A DNA stretch of 64,000 nt, from contig CAVXPZ010000003.1 of NCBI GenBank assembly GCA_963763775.1, forward strand, positions 32,001 to 96,000, in the 5' to 3' direction. The notes below the pieces were generated by a model that was given only the letters and a program-made list of their open reading frames with translations, had not been told where the DNA came from and did not search any database. Source of the stretch: an uncultured Chloroflexia bacterium (GTDB taxonomy: Bacteria > Chloroflexota > Limnocylindria > Limnocylindrales > CSP1-4). Positions 10,144 through 23,532 of the stretch are shown piece after piece (within the stretch, counting starts at the first letter, position 1; each line of letters starts with the position of its first letter). A program made the translations under genes and the position numbers.

Positions 10144-12639
10144 GTGCCTAACGTGCGCCACAGCGGCGCCGGGGGGATTCCAGGCGCCGCGTTTCGCTTT
10201 CCCATCGGAGCCTGCCGCTTGCACCGTGACCGACCAGACACCGACCGCCGCCTGAAGGCGCGGCTGCGTGCGTGGCTCGGCCTCCGACCGGGGACGCGGG
10301 TCGCGCTGATCGTCGTCACCTTCGGCCTGGTCCTCGGGGCCGCCGCGCTCACCGCCGAGACCGCCGCGGACCACGTCCAGGCGACCGCGACCGACGAGGC
10401 GGCCCGGAGCGCGGAGTCGGTCGTCCGGGCCTTCGTCGACCCGATGCTCTCCGCCGGCGCCCTCGACGACCCGTCCTCGGGGATGGGCCAGGTGGTCGAC
10501 GCGCAGCTCGAGAAGCTCGTGCGGACCGGGGACCTGCTCCGGGTCAAGATCTGGCGCGAGGACGGGACCGTGCTCTTCTCCGACCTGCCCGAACTCCGCG
10601 GCCAGCGGTTCGACGTCGATGACGACCTGTCCGAGGCATTCGAAGGCAACGTCGAGAGCGACCTCACGGACGGGTCCGCCGCCGAGAACACGTTCGAGCG
10701 CGGCCTCGCCGACCGATTGCTCGAGATCTACCTGCCGGTGCGGGACGACTCGGGCAAGGTCGTCGCCGCGTACGAGATCTACCAGGACGCCGCCGGCATC
10801 GAGGCGAACATCGCCGCGACACGCCGCGACACGTTCCTCATCGCGGCGGCGGTCGCGGCGATCCTGGCCTGCCTGCTCTTCGCCGCGTTCGACGGCACGT
10901 CACGACGGCTCGGTCGGCAGAACCGCCGACTCCGCGAGCTCGCGGACACGCTTCGTGACAGCGAGGCCCGATTCCGCTCGTTGGTCCAGAACGCGTCGGA
11001 CATCTTCCTCGTCCTCGACCGAGACGGGACGATCCGCTACGAGAGCGTCGCGGTGGAGCGGATCCTCGGCTATCACCCGGCGGATCGCGTCGGGATGCGC
11101 ATCGCCGACGGCGCGCACCCGGACGACCGCGACGCCCTCGCCCGGCACCTGGCGACCCTCGACGACCGGCCCGGTGCCGACGTCGTCGGCGAGACGCGCT
11201 TCGCCCATCGCGACGGCCGCTGGCTCGTGTTCGACTGGACCGCGCGGAACCTGCTCGACGATCCCGCGATCGGCGGTTTCGTCGTCAACGCGCACGACGT
11301 GACCGAGCGGACCGAGCTCGAGGCGCAGCTTCGGCACCAGGCCTTCCACGATCCGCTGACGGGGCTCGCCAATCGCGCGCTCTTCGCCGACCGCGTCGAG
11401 CATGCGCTGGCCCGCCGCCGCCGGAACCGGGCGATGCCGGCCGTGCTGTTCCTCGACCTCGACGACTTCAAGACCGTCAACGACACGCTCGGGCACGGCA
11501 CGGGCGACCGGCTGCTCGTCGAGGTCTCGCGCCGCCTGACCGAGTGCATCCGTCCCGGCGACACCGCCTGCCGGCTGTCGGGCGACGAGTTCGCGATCCT
11601 CCTCGAGGAGGTCGGGGACGTCGACGCGGTGGTCGAGGTCGCCGAGCGCGTGCTGACGCGCATCGCGGAGCCCATGGACGTCGGCCGCGACCTCACGGTC
11701 ACGGCGAGCATCGGGATCGCGATGGTGGACGGCAGCGCCCATGACGCCGATGACGTGCTGGCTCGCGCCGACGTCGCGATGTACGCGGCGAAGACCGCCG
11801 GCAAGGCCCAGCAGCGCCTGTACGAGCCGGCGATGCGGGATCGGGCGTGGACGCGACTCCAGCTCGAGAGCGAGCTGCGCCGGGCGATCGAGCGGGACGA
11901 GATCACCGTGGTCTACCAGCCGATCCTCGACCTGCAGACTCGCGAGCCGGTCGAGATGGAGGCCCTGGTCCGGTGGGACCACCCCGAGCGCGGCCGTCTC
12001 GCGCCCGCGGACTTCCTCGCCGTCGCCGAGGAGAGCGGACTGATCGTTCCCATCGGACGGATCGTCCTCGAGCGGGCGTGCCGCCAGGCGGCGGCGTGGC
12101 GGCGGACCTGGCCGACATCGCGCGGCATCGACGTCAGCGTGAACCTCTCGTCGCGCCAGTTCCGCGACCCCGGCCTGCTCGACGCCATCCGCGCCGCGCT
12201 GGACGCCGTCGCCCTGCCGTCGTCGAACCTCAAGCTCGAGATCACCGAGTCGGCGATGCTCGACGCCGACGCGTCCGACCTCCTGATGCGCCGGATCCGC
12301 GACCTGGGCGTGCGACTGGCGGTCGACGACTTCGGGACCGGGTTCTCCGGCCTCAGCTACTTCCAGCGGTTCCCGCTCGACACGCTCAAGATCGACCGAT
12401 CCTTCGTGGCCGGGCTGGGCCGCGACCCACGCAGCGGGGCCATCGTCCACGCGACGATCGCGTTCGCGAAGGCGCTGGGCCTCACGGTCACGGCCGAGGG
12501 CATCGAGACCGAGGACCAGTACGAGCACCTGCGGGCGCTTGGTGCCGACCTCGGCCAGGGCTACCTGTTCGCGAAACCGCTCGATGCGATCGCCGCGGAT
12601 GCCTATCTCATGAACGCGAGGGATGCGTCGGCCGCCTGA
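10144..12639 (+). CDS. Membrane sensor PAS-GGDEF-EAL c-di-GMP enzyme (start uncertain)
   Basis: Two TMs, PAS (HPDD), [40 protein letters not shown]. Confidence 0.92.
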   Translation: MPNVRHSGAGGIPGAAFRFPIGACRLHRDRPDTDRRLKARLRAWLGLRPGTRVALIVVTFGLVLGAAALTAETAADHVQATATDEAARSAESVVRAFVDPMLSAGALDDPSSGMGQVVDAQLEKLVRTGDLLRVKIWREDGTVLFSDLPELRGQRFDVDDDLSEAFEGNVESDLTDGSAAENTFERGLADRLLEIYLPVRDDSGKVVAAYEIYQDAAGIEANIAATRRDTFLIAAAVAAILACLLFAAFDGTSRRLGRQNRRLRELADTLRDSEARFRSLVQNASDIFLVLDRDGTIRYESVAVERILGYHPADRVGMRIADGAHPDDRDALARHLATLDDRPGADVVGETRFAHRDGRWLVFDWTARNLLDDPAIGGFVVNAHDVTERTELEAQLRHQAFHDPLTGLANRALFADRVEHALARRRRNRAMPAVLFLDLDDFKTVNDTLGHGTGDRLLVEVSRRLTECIRPGDTACRLSGDEFAILLEEVGDVDAVVEVAERVLTRIAEPMDVGRDLTVTASIGIAMVDGSAHDADDVLARADVAMYAAKTAGKAQQRLYEPAMRDRAWTRLQLESELRRAIERDEITVVYQPILDLQTREPVEMEALVRWDHPERGRLAPADFLAVAEESGLIVPIGRIVLERACRQAAAWRRTWPTSRGIDVSVNLSSRQFRDPGLLDAIRAALDAVALPSSNLKLEITESAMLDADASDLLMRRIRDLGVRLAVDDFGTGFSGLSYFQRFPLDTLKIDRSFVAGLGRDPRSGAIVHATIAFAKALGLTVTAEGIETEDQYEHLRALGADLGQGYLFAKPLDAIAADAYLMNARDASAA

Positions 12640-12725
12640 AACCGGGGAGCCCGCCGAGGACGTATCGTCGGCTGGGACGAGACGCACGCTCGATGGGCGT
12701 CGCGCCGGCAGGAGGACGACACGAC

Positions 12726-13364
12726 ATGCGGACCTTGACCACCCGAACCGATATCCGATGGGCGGCCCTGACCGGCCTGGCCGGACTCGCGATCCTCGTC
12801 GCGGCCTGTTCGACCGGTGGCACCGGCGCCGGGCTCTACGGCGGGAGCGCGTCGACGGCCGCCAGTCCGGCCGCGGTGGCATCCGTCGCGCCGGCTTCGG
12901 CCGCGGCTGCTGCGCCGTCGGCGGCCGCGTCCGCCTCGGGTGGCGGCCGGTACGGTGGGGGTAGCGACGACTACGGATCGCCGGCCTCGGGCGCGCCAGC
13001 GGCGTCGGGCGCGGCGGGCGGCGGCGCCGGCGCACTCAAGCTCGCGGTCGCCAGTGGGGCGGTCGGCTCGTTCCTGACCGGCGATGGCGGCCGGACGCTG
13101 TACATCTTCAAGAAGGACTCGCCCGGCAAGAGCGCCTGCGGTCCGGACTGCGCCACGAACTGGCCGCCGCTCACCGTCAAGGACGCGGCCGCAGTCTCGG
13201 CCGGCGACGGCGTCACGGGCAAGCTGAGCACGTTCACCCGCGACGACGGGTCGCTCCAGGTCGCGTACGACGGGGCTCCGCTGTACTACTTCGCGGCCGA
13301 CACCGCCGCGGGCGACACGAACGGCCAGGGCATCGGCGGCAACTGGTTCGTCGCGGCCCCGTAG
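12726..13364 (+). CDS. Secreted lipoprotein with Yx4D (Lipoprotein_15) repeats
   Basis: AGGAGG RBS, lipobox LVAAC, GRTLYIFKKD, CATNWPP, PLYYFAAD, GDTNGQG. Confidence 0.88.
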   Translation: MRTLTTRTDIRWAALTGLAGLAILVAACSTGGTGAGLYGGSASTAASPAAVASVAPASAAAAAPSAAASASGGGRYGGGSDDYGSPASGAPAASGAAGGGAGALKLAVASGAVGSFLTGDGGRTLYIFKKDSPGKSACGPDCATNWPPLTVKDAAAVSAGDGVTGKLSTFTRDDGSLQVAYDGAPLYYFAADTAAGDTNGQGIGGNWFVAAP

Positions 13365-13371
13365 CGGGTCG

Positions 13372-14658
13372 CTATCCCTCCGACTCGGCCCCCATCGCGC
13401 CGCCCTCGGTGTGGATCGGCAGCGTCCCGAGCGCGGCGAGCACGAACGTGACGGCCATCAGCGCGAAGACGATCGGCACGCCGGCCGCGGCGCCGGCGCG
13501 GTCGATGATCACGCCGTACACCGCGACCCACAGCGCCCCCACGCCGAACGCCATCGTGAAGTAGAGCGCATACGAGGCATCGCGGATCGACGGCGGTGAG
13601 ATGTCCGCGAGCAGGGCCTGGAGCTGCGGGCTCTCGGCGAAGCTGAACAGGCCCATCAGGAGGATCCCCGCCCACAGCCAGACGATCGAGTCACCGGCGA
13701 GCAGGAAGACGATGAACCCGATCGCGCCACCGAGGTAGACGCCGACGATGAGCGGCTTCCGGCCGATCCGGTCCGACAGCCAACCGGCCACGATCGGCAT
13801 CGGCACCGAGAACACGACCAGCGCGCCGTACATCAGCCCGGCCGTCGCCGGGTCGAGCCCGATCACCTGGGTGAGGTAGATGAGGACGAACAGGTTCACG
13901 ACGCCGAGACCACGACCGCCGCCGCCGAGGACCGAGGTCAGGTAGAGCCAGCGGAGGTCGTGGTTCGCCAGGATCCGCCGGAACGCGGATCGGACGCTCC
14001 CTCCGGCCACCGCAGCGGCCCGGTCGGTGCCGTGCTCGCGGATGAGAACGAGGATCAGCAGCGCGATCAGGACGCCGGGGATGCCGATCGCCACGGAGGC
14101 GCCGCGCCAGCCGACCGCCGCGATGAGCGGCACGCCGATGATCGCGATGATGACCGTCCCGACATTCCCGCCGGCGATGTGCGCGCTGATCGCGAAGCCA
14201 CGCCGCTCCGGCGGGAATTGCTCCGAGAGCAGGCCGTTGCCCACCGGGTGCTGCGGCGATCCGCCGATGCGCGAGGCGATGTTCGGGACGGCGAAGGTCA
14301 GGAAGCTCGTGGCGAGCGCCTGGAGCGCGAACCCGCCGCCGAAGATGATGCCCCCGACCCCGAGGAGCCGGCGTCGGGAGACCACCCGCGTCAACCCGGC
14401 ATAGCTGAGTTGCACCATCCCCGCCGCGAACGACCCGATCGCGGCGAGGAACGCGATCGACTGCACGCTGACCCCGTACTCGTCGATGATCGCGAGGAAG
14501 ATCAGCGGCATCATGACGGCCTGGGCGTGGTTCACCGCGTGTGCCACCGACAGCAGGCCGAGCGATCGCATCGGCCGGACATCGACGACCGGGGCGACGT
14601 CCGCGGCGGCAGCGGGCCCCGGGGCGGGCGACGCGGGCGAGGCGGGGGTCACGGCCAT
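13372..14658 (-). CDS. MFS transporter
   Basis: About 12 hydrophobic segments, GWLSDRIGRK motif. Confidence 0.9.
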   Translation of the reverse strand: MAVTPASPASPAPGPAAAADVAPVVDVRPMRSLGLLSVAHAVNHAQAVMMPLIFLAIIDEYGVSVQSIAFLAAIGSFAAGMVQLSYAGLTRVVSRRRLLGVGGIIFGGGFALQALATSFLTFAVPNIASRIGGSPQHPVGNGLLSEQFPPERRGFAISAHIAGGNVGTVIIAIIGVPLIAAVGWRGASVAIGIPGVLIALLILVLIREHGTDRAAAVAGGSVRSAFRRILANHDLRWLYLTSVLGGGGRGLGVVNLFVLIYLTQVIGLDPATAGLMYGALVVFSVPMPIVAGWLSDRIGRKPLIVGVYLGGAIGFIVFLLAGDSIVWLWAGILLMGLFSFAESPQLQALLADISPPSIRDASYALYFTMAFGVGALWVAVYGVIIDRAGAAAGVPIVFALMAVTFVLAALGTLPIHTEGGAMGAESEG

Positions 14659-14750
14659 GGCGCGTATCGTGCCGCATCGTTGGCCTATCCGGTTGGGCCA
14701 ATACGCAGGCCACGAGAGCCGGAGAGGACCCGGCCGCGCCGGTCGCGCCG

Positions 14751-15290
14751 CTACGCCCGCTCGAGGACCTCGCGGAGCGTGGCGCGGCTTCGCGAGATCC
14801 AGCTCGCGACGGTCCCGGCCGGGACATCGAGGATGGTCGCGATCTCGGCTTGCGTGTACCCATCCACGGTGTTCAGCAGGAGCGCCGTCCGCGGCCGCAC
14901 GTCGAGCGACGCCAGTGCAACCCAGAGGTCCGGATCGATCGCATCGTCCCAGGCCGGCGGCACCAGTCGATGGATCGCCCCGAGCAGCCGCCGCCGGCCG
15001 CGAAGGTGGTTGAACGCCATCCGGAGTCCGATCGTGTAGAGCCACGCCCGGACGTCGGTCCCGTCGAACCGGCCCCACGCGCGGAACGCCGCGAGATACG
15101 CGTCCTGGGCGACGTCCTCGGCATCGTGCGCGTTGCCCAGGACGACGACGAGCCGGCGGACCAGGTTCGCGTAGTGCGGCGCGACGGCGGTCTCGAAGGC
15201 GGCCGCATCGCCCGTGTCGGCCCGCCCCTGCGGGCGGGCCTCGGCCTTGGCGGTCATCGACGCGGCTGGGCGATCGATGGCGGCCATCAC
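14751..15290 (-). CDS. ECF RNA polymerase sigma factor
   Basis: DAEDVAQDAYL, RAWLYTIG, GYTQAEIATILDVPAGTVASWISR. Confidence 0.9.
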   Translation of the reverse strand: MMAAIDRPAASMTAKAEARPQGRADTGDAAAFETAVAPHYANLVRRLVVVLGNAHDAEDVAQDAYLAAFRAWGRFDGTDVRAWLYTIGLRMAFNHLRGRRRLLGAIHRLVPPAWDDAIDPDLWVALASLDVRPRTALLLNTVDGYTQAEIATILDVPAGTVASWISRSRATLREVLERA

Positions 15291-15805
15291 GGCATCGGGT
15301 CGCCGAAGCAAGCGCCGCTGCCCTCAGCGCCGGCGCGCTGGTCGATGACCATGTAGAGGCGGCCGTCGCCCAGGACCGAGCCCGGGACGACATAACCATG
15401 CTCCGGTGGCACCGACAGCTGGGTCGTCGTCGACGCGCCCTTGGCCTGGCTGCCGGCCTCCACCTGCCACACGACGTCGGTGTAGCCGTGCGCCGTCAGG
15501 AACGCGGCCGCCTGACGCGGGGTCATGCATTCCATCCCGGCACCGGCGAGCGGTTGACCCGGATTCTCGATGCCGGGCGTGCCCCGGGCCAGCTGTCCGG
15601 CCACCACGGCGATCCCGGCGGTCGCGGTCGCGGCCGCGAGCAGGAGGATGGCCGGCGCCATCGTCAGCGACAGGGCGAAGCGTCCCCGTCGCCGGCGGTC
15701 ACGGAGGGCCGGCGGCGGATCGCCGGCGGGGATGCGCGACGCCATCGCGACGAGGCGTCGATCGAGCAGCTGGTCGAGGTCGATCTCGAGGTCGAGGTCC
15801 GGCAT
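15287..15805 (-). CDS. Putative single-pass anti-sigma factor
   Basis: Short cytoplasmic N-terminus, one TM, small extracytoplasmic domain with two Cys; GTGA overlap with the ECF gene. Confidence 0.6.
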   Translation of the reverse strand: MPDLDLEIDLDQLLDRRLVAMASRIPAGDPPPALRDRRRRGRFALSLTMAPAILLLAAATATAGIAVVAGQLARGTPGIENPGQPLAGAGMECMTPRQAAAFLTAHGYTDVVWQVEAGSQAKGASTTTQLSVPPEHGYVVPGSVLGDGRLYMVIDQRAGAEGSGACFGDPMP

Positions 15806-15867
15806 GTCGGCGCTCCGGTGGACCGGGGGCTCGGAGCCGTCTGTCGCCCGAGCTCCCCGTCGACCTC

Positions 15868-15897
15868 TACAACACCGCGGAGGCGCCGATCCTTGCA
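15868..15897 (-). promoter_or_regulatory. Candidate ECF-type promoter
   Basis: TGCAAG-N18-GTTGTA upstream of the anti-sigma/sigma pair. Confidence 0.4.
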
Positions 15898-15925
15898 GCG
15901 GCGGCGCGAAGCCGCGGCGCGCGCG

Positions 15926-16213
15926 TCAGTGGTGCTTCTTCTTGTTGGGGACCTCGTACAGGTCCGACCGCGGATCCTTGTGCGTCGCATGCGACACGGC
16001 GGCCGCGGACCCGGCCGGCGCTTCCTTGTGGCCCTTGGGCAGGATGTACAGGATCATCAGCGCGATCGGGCCGAAGATGACGCAGAGGATCGTCCACGTG
16101 ACGCGGTTGCGACCGAACTTGGGGGCCACCTGCCAGGCGTAGTACGCGCAGAGGACCCAGACGAAGGCCCCCAGGATGAGGAACCCGGTACCGATGAGCG
16201 TGGGTGTATCCAT
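15926..16213 (-). CDS. Small 2-TM membrane protein
   Basis: Two hydrophobic helices around KFGRN, WTILCVIFGPIAL; AGAGG RBS. Confidence 0.7.
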   Translation of the reverse strand: MDTPTLIGTGFLILGAFVWVLCAYYAWQVAPKFGRNRVTWTILCVIFGPIALMILYILPKGHKEAPAGSAAAVSHATHKDPRSDLYEVPNKKKHH

Positions 16214-16231
16214 GAGTCGGACGGACCTCTG

Positions 16232-17589
16232 CTAGAACTGGTCGAGATAGCGGGCGACTTCCCAGTCCGAGACCTGTGTGCGGTACTCGTCCCACTCGGC
16301 TCGTTTGGCTTCGACATAGTGCCCGAAAACGTGGTCGCCGAGGGCGTCGCGGATGACTTCGTCGGCCTCGAGTTCGTCGAGCGCCTCGCCGAGCGTGCCC
16401 GGGAGCTCCCGGATGCCCTTCGCCGCGATCGTCGCGGCGTCCATCTCGAAGAGCGAGGCCTCGACCGGCTCGGCGAGGGTCAGGCCCTTCTCCACGCCAT
16501 CGAGGCCGGCCGCGATCATGGCGGCGAAGGCGAGGTACGTGTTCGACGACGGGTCGGGGCAGCGGACCTCGGCGCGCGTCCCCTCGATGGACTTGCCCGG
16601 CGACGACCATCGGGACGCGGATCAAGCGCCGAGCGGTTCGTCCGCCCCCACGTCAGGTACGTGGGCGCCTCGAAGCCCGGCACGAGCCGCTTGTACGAGT
16701 TCACGAGCGGCGCCAGGACCGCGATCATCCCCCGCGCGTGGGCGAGGATGCCCGCCATGTACGAGCGAGCGACGTCCGAGAGCCCGTAGGCGTTCGCGGG
16801 ATCGGCGAACGCGTTCCGCTGGTCGGCGATCGACCAGAGGCTCTGGTGCGTGTGCATCCCCGAGCCGTTGATGCCGTGGATCGGTTTCGGCATGAACGTG
16901 GCGTACAGCCCGTGCTGCTGGGCGATCGCCTTGAGGGCGAACTTGAACGTGACCGCGTTGTCCGCGGTCCGGAGCGCATCGGAGTACTCGAAGTCGATCT
17001 CGTGCTGGCCCTCGGCCACCTCGTGGTGGGCGGCCTCCACCTTGATCCCGAACGCCTCGAGCGCGTCCACCATGTCCTGGCGGATCTCCTGGGCGAGGTC
17101 GGTCGAGTAGTCGAAGTACCCGGCCTGGTCGTGCGGCAACGGCTCGATGTGTCCGTCCTCGTCGCGACGGAACAGGAAGAACTCGAGCTCCGGGCCGGTA
17201 TTCACGACGTACCCGAGGTTCTTGGCGCGCTCGACCTGGCGGCGCAGCACGAAGCGCGGGTCGCCCGCGAACGGCTCGCCGCGAGGCGTGAACACGTCGC
17301 AGATGACGCGGGCCGTACCGCGGGGGCCGGATCCGGGCTGCCACGGGATCTCGCAGAACGTGCTCATGTCGGGCATCAGGTACTGGTCGCTCTCGGCGAT
17401 CCGGGTGAAGCCCTCGATCGACGACCCGTCGAACCACGTCCCGTGCTTGACCGACCCCTCGAGCTGGTGGATCGGGATCGTGACGGCCTTGACGTGGCCG
17501 ATGATGTCGGTGAACTGGAGCTGGATGAACCGGATCCCGCTCGCCTGCGCGGCCTCGATCCGGGCGGAGCTCTCGGTGCTGCTGGACAC
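16232..17589 (-). CDS. glnA: Glutamine synthetase type I (two +1 frameshifts near 16605 and 16625)
   Basis: FTDIIG, FDGSSIEGF, GPELEFFLF, HHEVAEGQHEIDF, TFMPKP, NGSGMHTHQS, SYKRLVPGFEAP, RCPDPSSN. Confidence 0.93.
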
Positions 17590-17711
17590 GCTCGCGGGAC
17601 CTCCTGGCACGAGGGTTCGGGGACGGGCGTCGCGCCAAAGGATACGCCCGGCCGAGGGAACCGCGGCCGGGCGTCTGGGTCTCGTCGGGGGGCCGAACGG
17701 GTCGGCCGCGC

Positions 17712-19856
<2,145 letters not shown>

Positions 19857-19983
19857 GGGTCATCTGCTCCGTGCCGGGCGCCTGGAGGACGGAGCGTCAC
19901 GCTCGCGGCTTGTCCGACTCGATGGTGCAACCCGCACGCGGACTCGCGCCGTCCGGATGTCGCCTCACAGTACCAGCGGGTCG

Positions 19984-20017
19984 GGTTGCGATTCAGTACC
20001 GAGGTCGCGTCGCAACC
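19984..20017. promoter_or_regulatory. Inverted repeat (candidate operator) upstream of the GS operon
   Basis: GGTTGCGA-N18-TCGCAACC; extended -10-like TGGTACTGT on the minus strand at 19967-19975. Confidence 0.4.
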
Positions 20018-20083
20018 TTGTGCATCGCGCACCTTTTCCGGGGCTGAGCACGACGGCCGTCGGACGCGGCCCGGGTCGTCCCG

Positions 20084-21587
20084 TCAGCCGGACCGGCGGG
20101 CGGCGACGAGGTCGTCAAGCAGCCGACCGAACTCGTGCTGGACGTCGACGTAGCGCTCCGATCGCCAGACGATCCCGAGCCGGCCGTCCTTCGTCAGCCG
20201 CGTCCAGACGCGCCGCCGCGGCCGATAGAACGTGATCGTGATGCCGGCGATCAGGCTGATGAACGCGAGCCAGACCAGCCCCTGCCCGGGGTCCTTCTTG
20301 GCGATGAGCAGCGTGTAGGCGCCCACGCCCTGGAGCTCCACCGAGAAGCCGAGCTCGGGAGAACGGACCGTCTCGCCGACCTCGGGCGCCAACGGCGTGT
20401 AGTGCTCGTAGACGGCGGTCCCGTCGGGGTTCGTGCCGACGACGCGGTACGGCAGGAGCAGCGCCGCGGCGGCCCCCGCCGCGGTCTTGCTCAGCAGCAG
20501 CTGGAGGCCCACGTCCGTGCCGGGCACGGACAGGATCCCGTACGGCGAGTCGGCGGCCGCGTCGGTCAGCGGCACGGCGCCGTCCCACAGCGGCTTGCCC
20601 GCCGCATCGCGGATGACGAGGTGGGGCGCCGGGCCGAAGCCATTCTGGTGGAACGTGTAACCGGCGACCGACAACGGGTCGTTGACACGGATCGTCTTGC
20701 GCGCGATCTCCTGGCCGTCGCGGTAGACCGCGAGATCGGTGCGGAAGTCGCTCGCCTGACCCGTGTCGAACCCGGGCGCCTCGAAGTCGATGTTCTTCAC
20801 GAGCAGCAGGCCCGGCGTCCCGATCGGCTGCACCGTGAGCGACTCCCCGACCGGGATCACCAGCCCCTGTTCCTCGCCGAGCCGCGACGTCACCGCCGCG
20901 GCCGCCAGGAACAGCACGAGCCCGGTGTGGGTGAGCAGGGTCGCCATCTTCGTGTACTGGTGGCGATCGCCGTACAGGAAGGTCGTGCCCTCGTCGTCGA
21001 CCGCCTCGCGGACGTGGAAGCCGCGGCCGCGCAGGACGCCCCGCACCCCGGCCGCATCGACGCCCGTCATCGCCGCGCGGTCGGGCAGCTTGGGGTCGAA
21101 GAAGGGCTCGGGCTGGGCCACCCGGATCTCGGCGACGCCGCGCCACAGCTTCGGCGTGCGGTCGAGCGTGCAGACGACGATCGAGGCCACCAGGACCGTC
21201 AGCCCGACGCTGAACCAGAGCGAGCGGAACATCGCGAAGACCGAGAGCCGCTCGAGCGTGTCGACGAGCGCGGACCCCATCACCGGGTCGTATCGGGTGT
21301 GGATGTCGTCCATCGCGGCGGCGTAGTCCGTCGCCGAGCGGAACGCGAAGTCCGGCAGCTGGCGGATGGTCATCCCGACCAGGGCGAGCAGGACGAGGAG
21401 GATGATCTGGGCGACGGCGAAGTCGACCGAGGTCAGCAGGCTCCAGATGCCGCGCCCGATGCGCGCCAGGATGTTCGGCCCGACCGGTCGGGTGGAGGCG
21501 GCCGTGACCGCCGCCGGCGTCGCGATGTCGGGCCCCTCAGGCGGCGCGCGCGGGACGGTCGGACGGGCGTCGGTCGGCGTCGCTCAC
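20084..21587 (-). CDS. resB: Cytochrome c biogenesis protein ResB/Ccs1 (probable frameshift just after GTG start)
   Basis: LLTSVDFA, MFRSLWF, LLTHTGLVL, IRVNDPLS, KKDPGQGLV; the main frame has no start codon upstream of TM1. Confidence 0.8.
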
Positions 21588-21654
21588 GCTCGGGATGCTA
21601 CACCGGACCGGCCGGAGGGGCCGGACCGCCGTCGGGCAGTCCGCGCACCTCGCG

Positions 21655-22938
21655 TCAGCCGGCGCGGCTCATGGGGACCGGGATGCCGGTGACGCGGTCC
21701 TTGCCCGCCCGCTTGGAGGCGTACATGGCGCCGTCGGCGCTGATCATCAGCTCGTCGACGGTCCGGCCGTCGCTCGGGAAGCTCACGACGCCGACCGAGA
21801 GCGACGGTCGCGGTCCGCCACCCGGGAGCTCGATCGGCATCGAGCGGACGCCGAGGCGGATCTTCTCGGCGAGCACGAACGCGCCGGTGGGGTCGGTCTC
21901 CGGCAGGAGCACCACGAACTCGTCGCCGCCGTAGCGCGCCGCGGTGTCGATGCGCCGGACGCCCGAGGTGATGACGTCGCTGACGGCTCGCAGGACGCGG
22001 TCGCCGTGGAAGTGGCCGAGGCGATCGTTGATGTCCTTCAGGCCATCCAGGTCCATCATCAGGAGGCAGAAGCCGCGCCCTGACCGGGCGCTGCGCGCCA
22101 TCTCGCGCTCGATCGCCGCGAAGAAGAACGCCCGGTTGTACAGGGCGGTGAGCGGGTCGATGGTGGAGAGCCGGATCGCCGCATCGCGGGCAGCCCGCTG
22201 CTCCCGGGCGATGACCATCGCGACGTAGACGAGCAGCACGAGCGCCACGAGGTCCACCGCGACGACCGCGACGGCGGCCTCGTCCAAGGAGCCGGGCGGC
22301 GAGCCGACGAGGACCGCGGCCACGTACGCGAGCGCCGCCACGACCGTGAGGCCCGCGGTCTCGGCCGGCGTCACGACGAAGGCGGCCCCGGCGACGATCA
22401 GTGGGAAGGTGAAGAAGAACGGGCTGGAGGTCCCGCCGGTCAGCGCGACCAGCACGGCGGCGCCGCTCAGCGCGACGGACCCCTCGACGATGAACCGCGA
22501 CGTCCCGAGGGAGTCGGCCGGCAGGATGTCGTGGAAGACGATCACGAACAGACCCGCGATCGCGAGCAGGACCAGGATCGCGCTCTGGGTCTCGGGCCAG
22601 AGCCCCGTCACGAGGACGATGGTGGCCGACGCGATCAGGAAGATCCAACTGACGATGCGGACGACGCGGTCGTACCCGGGCGCGGACGGGGCATCGGCGT
22701 CCTCGTCGGCGATCCCGCCCACGACGGCCGCCTCGAGCGTGCGCGACCCGGACGCATCGAGCGCGCGAGGGCCACGCCGGGCGCGCGACCGCTTGACGGC
22801 GGGCGCCACCAGCACGGCGACGAGGACGAGATTCGCGATGAGGGCGACCACGATGAGGGCGAGGATCGCCTGGTCGGGCAACGAAGCGACTCCGAAGGGG
22901 GCCAGGACGCCGCCAGCGCGCGCCCGGCCGACGGCCAT
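21655..22938 (-). CDS. Membrane diguanylate cyclase
   Basis: Multiple TMs, DPLTALYNR, intact I-site RRID five residues before GGDEF. Confidence 0.92.
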   Translation of the reverse strand: MAVGRARAGGVLAPFGVASLPDQAILALIVVALIANLVLVAVLVAPAVKRSRARRGPRALDASGSRTLEAAVVGGIADEDADAPSAPGYDRVVRIVSWIFLIASATIVLVTGLWPETQSAILVLLAIAGLFVIVFHDILPADSLGTSRFIVEGSVALSGAAVLVALTGGTSSPFFFTFPLIVAGAAFVVTPAETAGLTVVAALAYVAAVLVGSPPGSLDEAAVAVVAVDLVALVLLVYVAMVIAREQRAARDAAIRLSTIDPLTALYNRAFFFAAIEREMARSARSGRGFCLLMMDLDGLKDINDRLGHFHGDRVLRAVSDVITSGVRRIDTAARYGGDEFVVLLPETDPTGAFVLAEKIRLGVRSMPIELPGGGPRPSLSVGVVSFPSDGRTVDELMISADGAMYASKRAGKDRVTGIPVPMSRAG

Positions 22939-23034
22939 CTTATCCGCTCGACCGGGGTGTTCCGGGGCGCTCCGGTGGATTCGGGTGCGATGGCGCAACG
23001 CCCGCAGAGGAGCGTCGGCTGGGACTCGGACCGC

Positions 23035-23532
23035 CTAGCGGGCGCCCCACTGGTAGGTCTGCTTGACCAGCCGCAGGTACACGAAGGTCTCGGTCTCGCG
23101 GACGCCCTCGATGGCCCGCAGGCGCTCGGCGAGGAACCGGAGGAGCGCCTCGTTGTCCTCGCACACGGTCTCGATCAGGAGGTCGTAGGTGCCCGCGGTG
23201 ATGACCACGTAATCCACCTCGGGCATCGCCGCGAGCTCCTCGGCGACGGACACGAGGCGGTCGCTCTGGCAGCGGATCCCGATCATCGCCATCTGATGGA
23301 ACCCGAGCTTCAGCGGGTCCGTGACGCCGACGACCTGCAGGATCCCGCGCTCGATGAGCCGGTTCGTGCGAGCGCGGACCGCGGCCTCGGATACGCCCAG
23401 ATCGAGGGCGATCTGCGTGAAGGGGCGGCGGCCGTCGGCCTGGAGGTGCTCGATGATCCGCTTGTCGAGCGCGGAGACATCCTCCGCGGAACGCGGGCTC
23501 GCGGAACGTCGGCGGGGCGCGGCGTCGGTCAC
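23035..23532 (-). CDS. Lrp/AsnC family transcriptional regulator
   Basis: LDKRIIEHLQADGRRPFTQIALDLGVSEAAVRAR; TAGTYDLL. Confidence 0.93.
   Translation of the reverse strand: MTDAAPRRRSASPRSAEDVSALDKRIIEHLQADGRRPFTQIALDLGVSEAAVRARTNRLIERGILQVVGVTDPLKLGFHQMAMIGIRCQSDRLVSVAEELAAMPEVDYVVITAGTYDLLIETVCEDNEALLRFLAERLRAIEGVRETETFVYLRLVKQTYQWGAR

Noticed and set aside
16600-16630. Programmed frameshifting in glnA
   Set aside because: Two indels within ~20 nt, no slippery sequence, and similar indels throughout the window.
19860-19965. Glutamine riboswitch upstream of GSIII
   Set aside because: The conserved glnA-motif elements could not be recognised by eye; an Infernal/Rfam scan would be needed.
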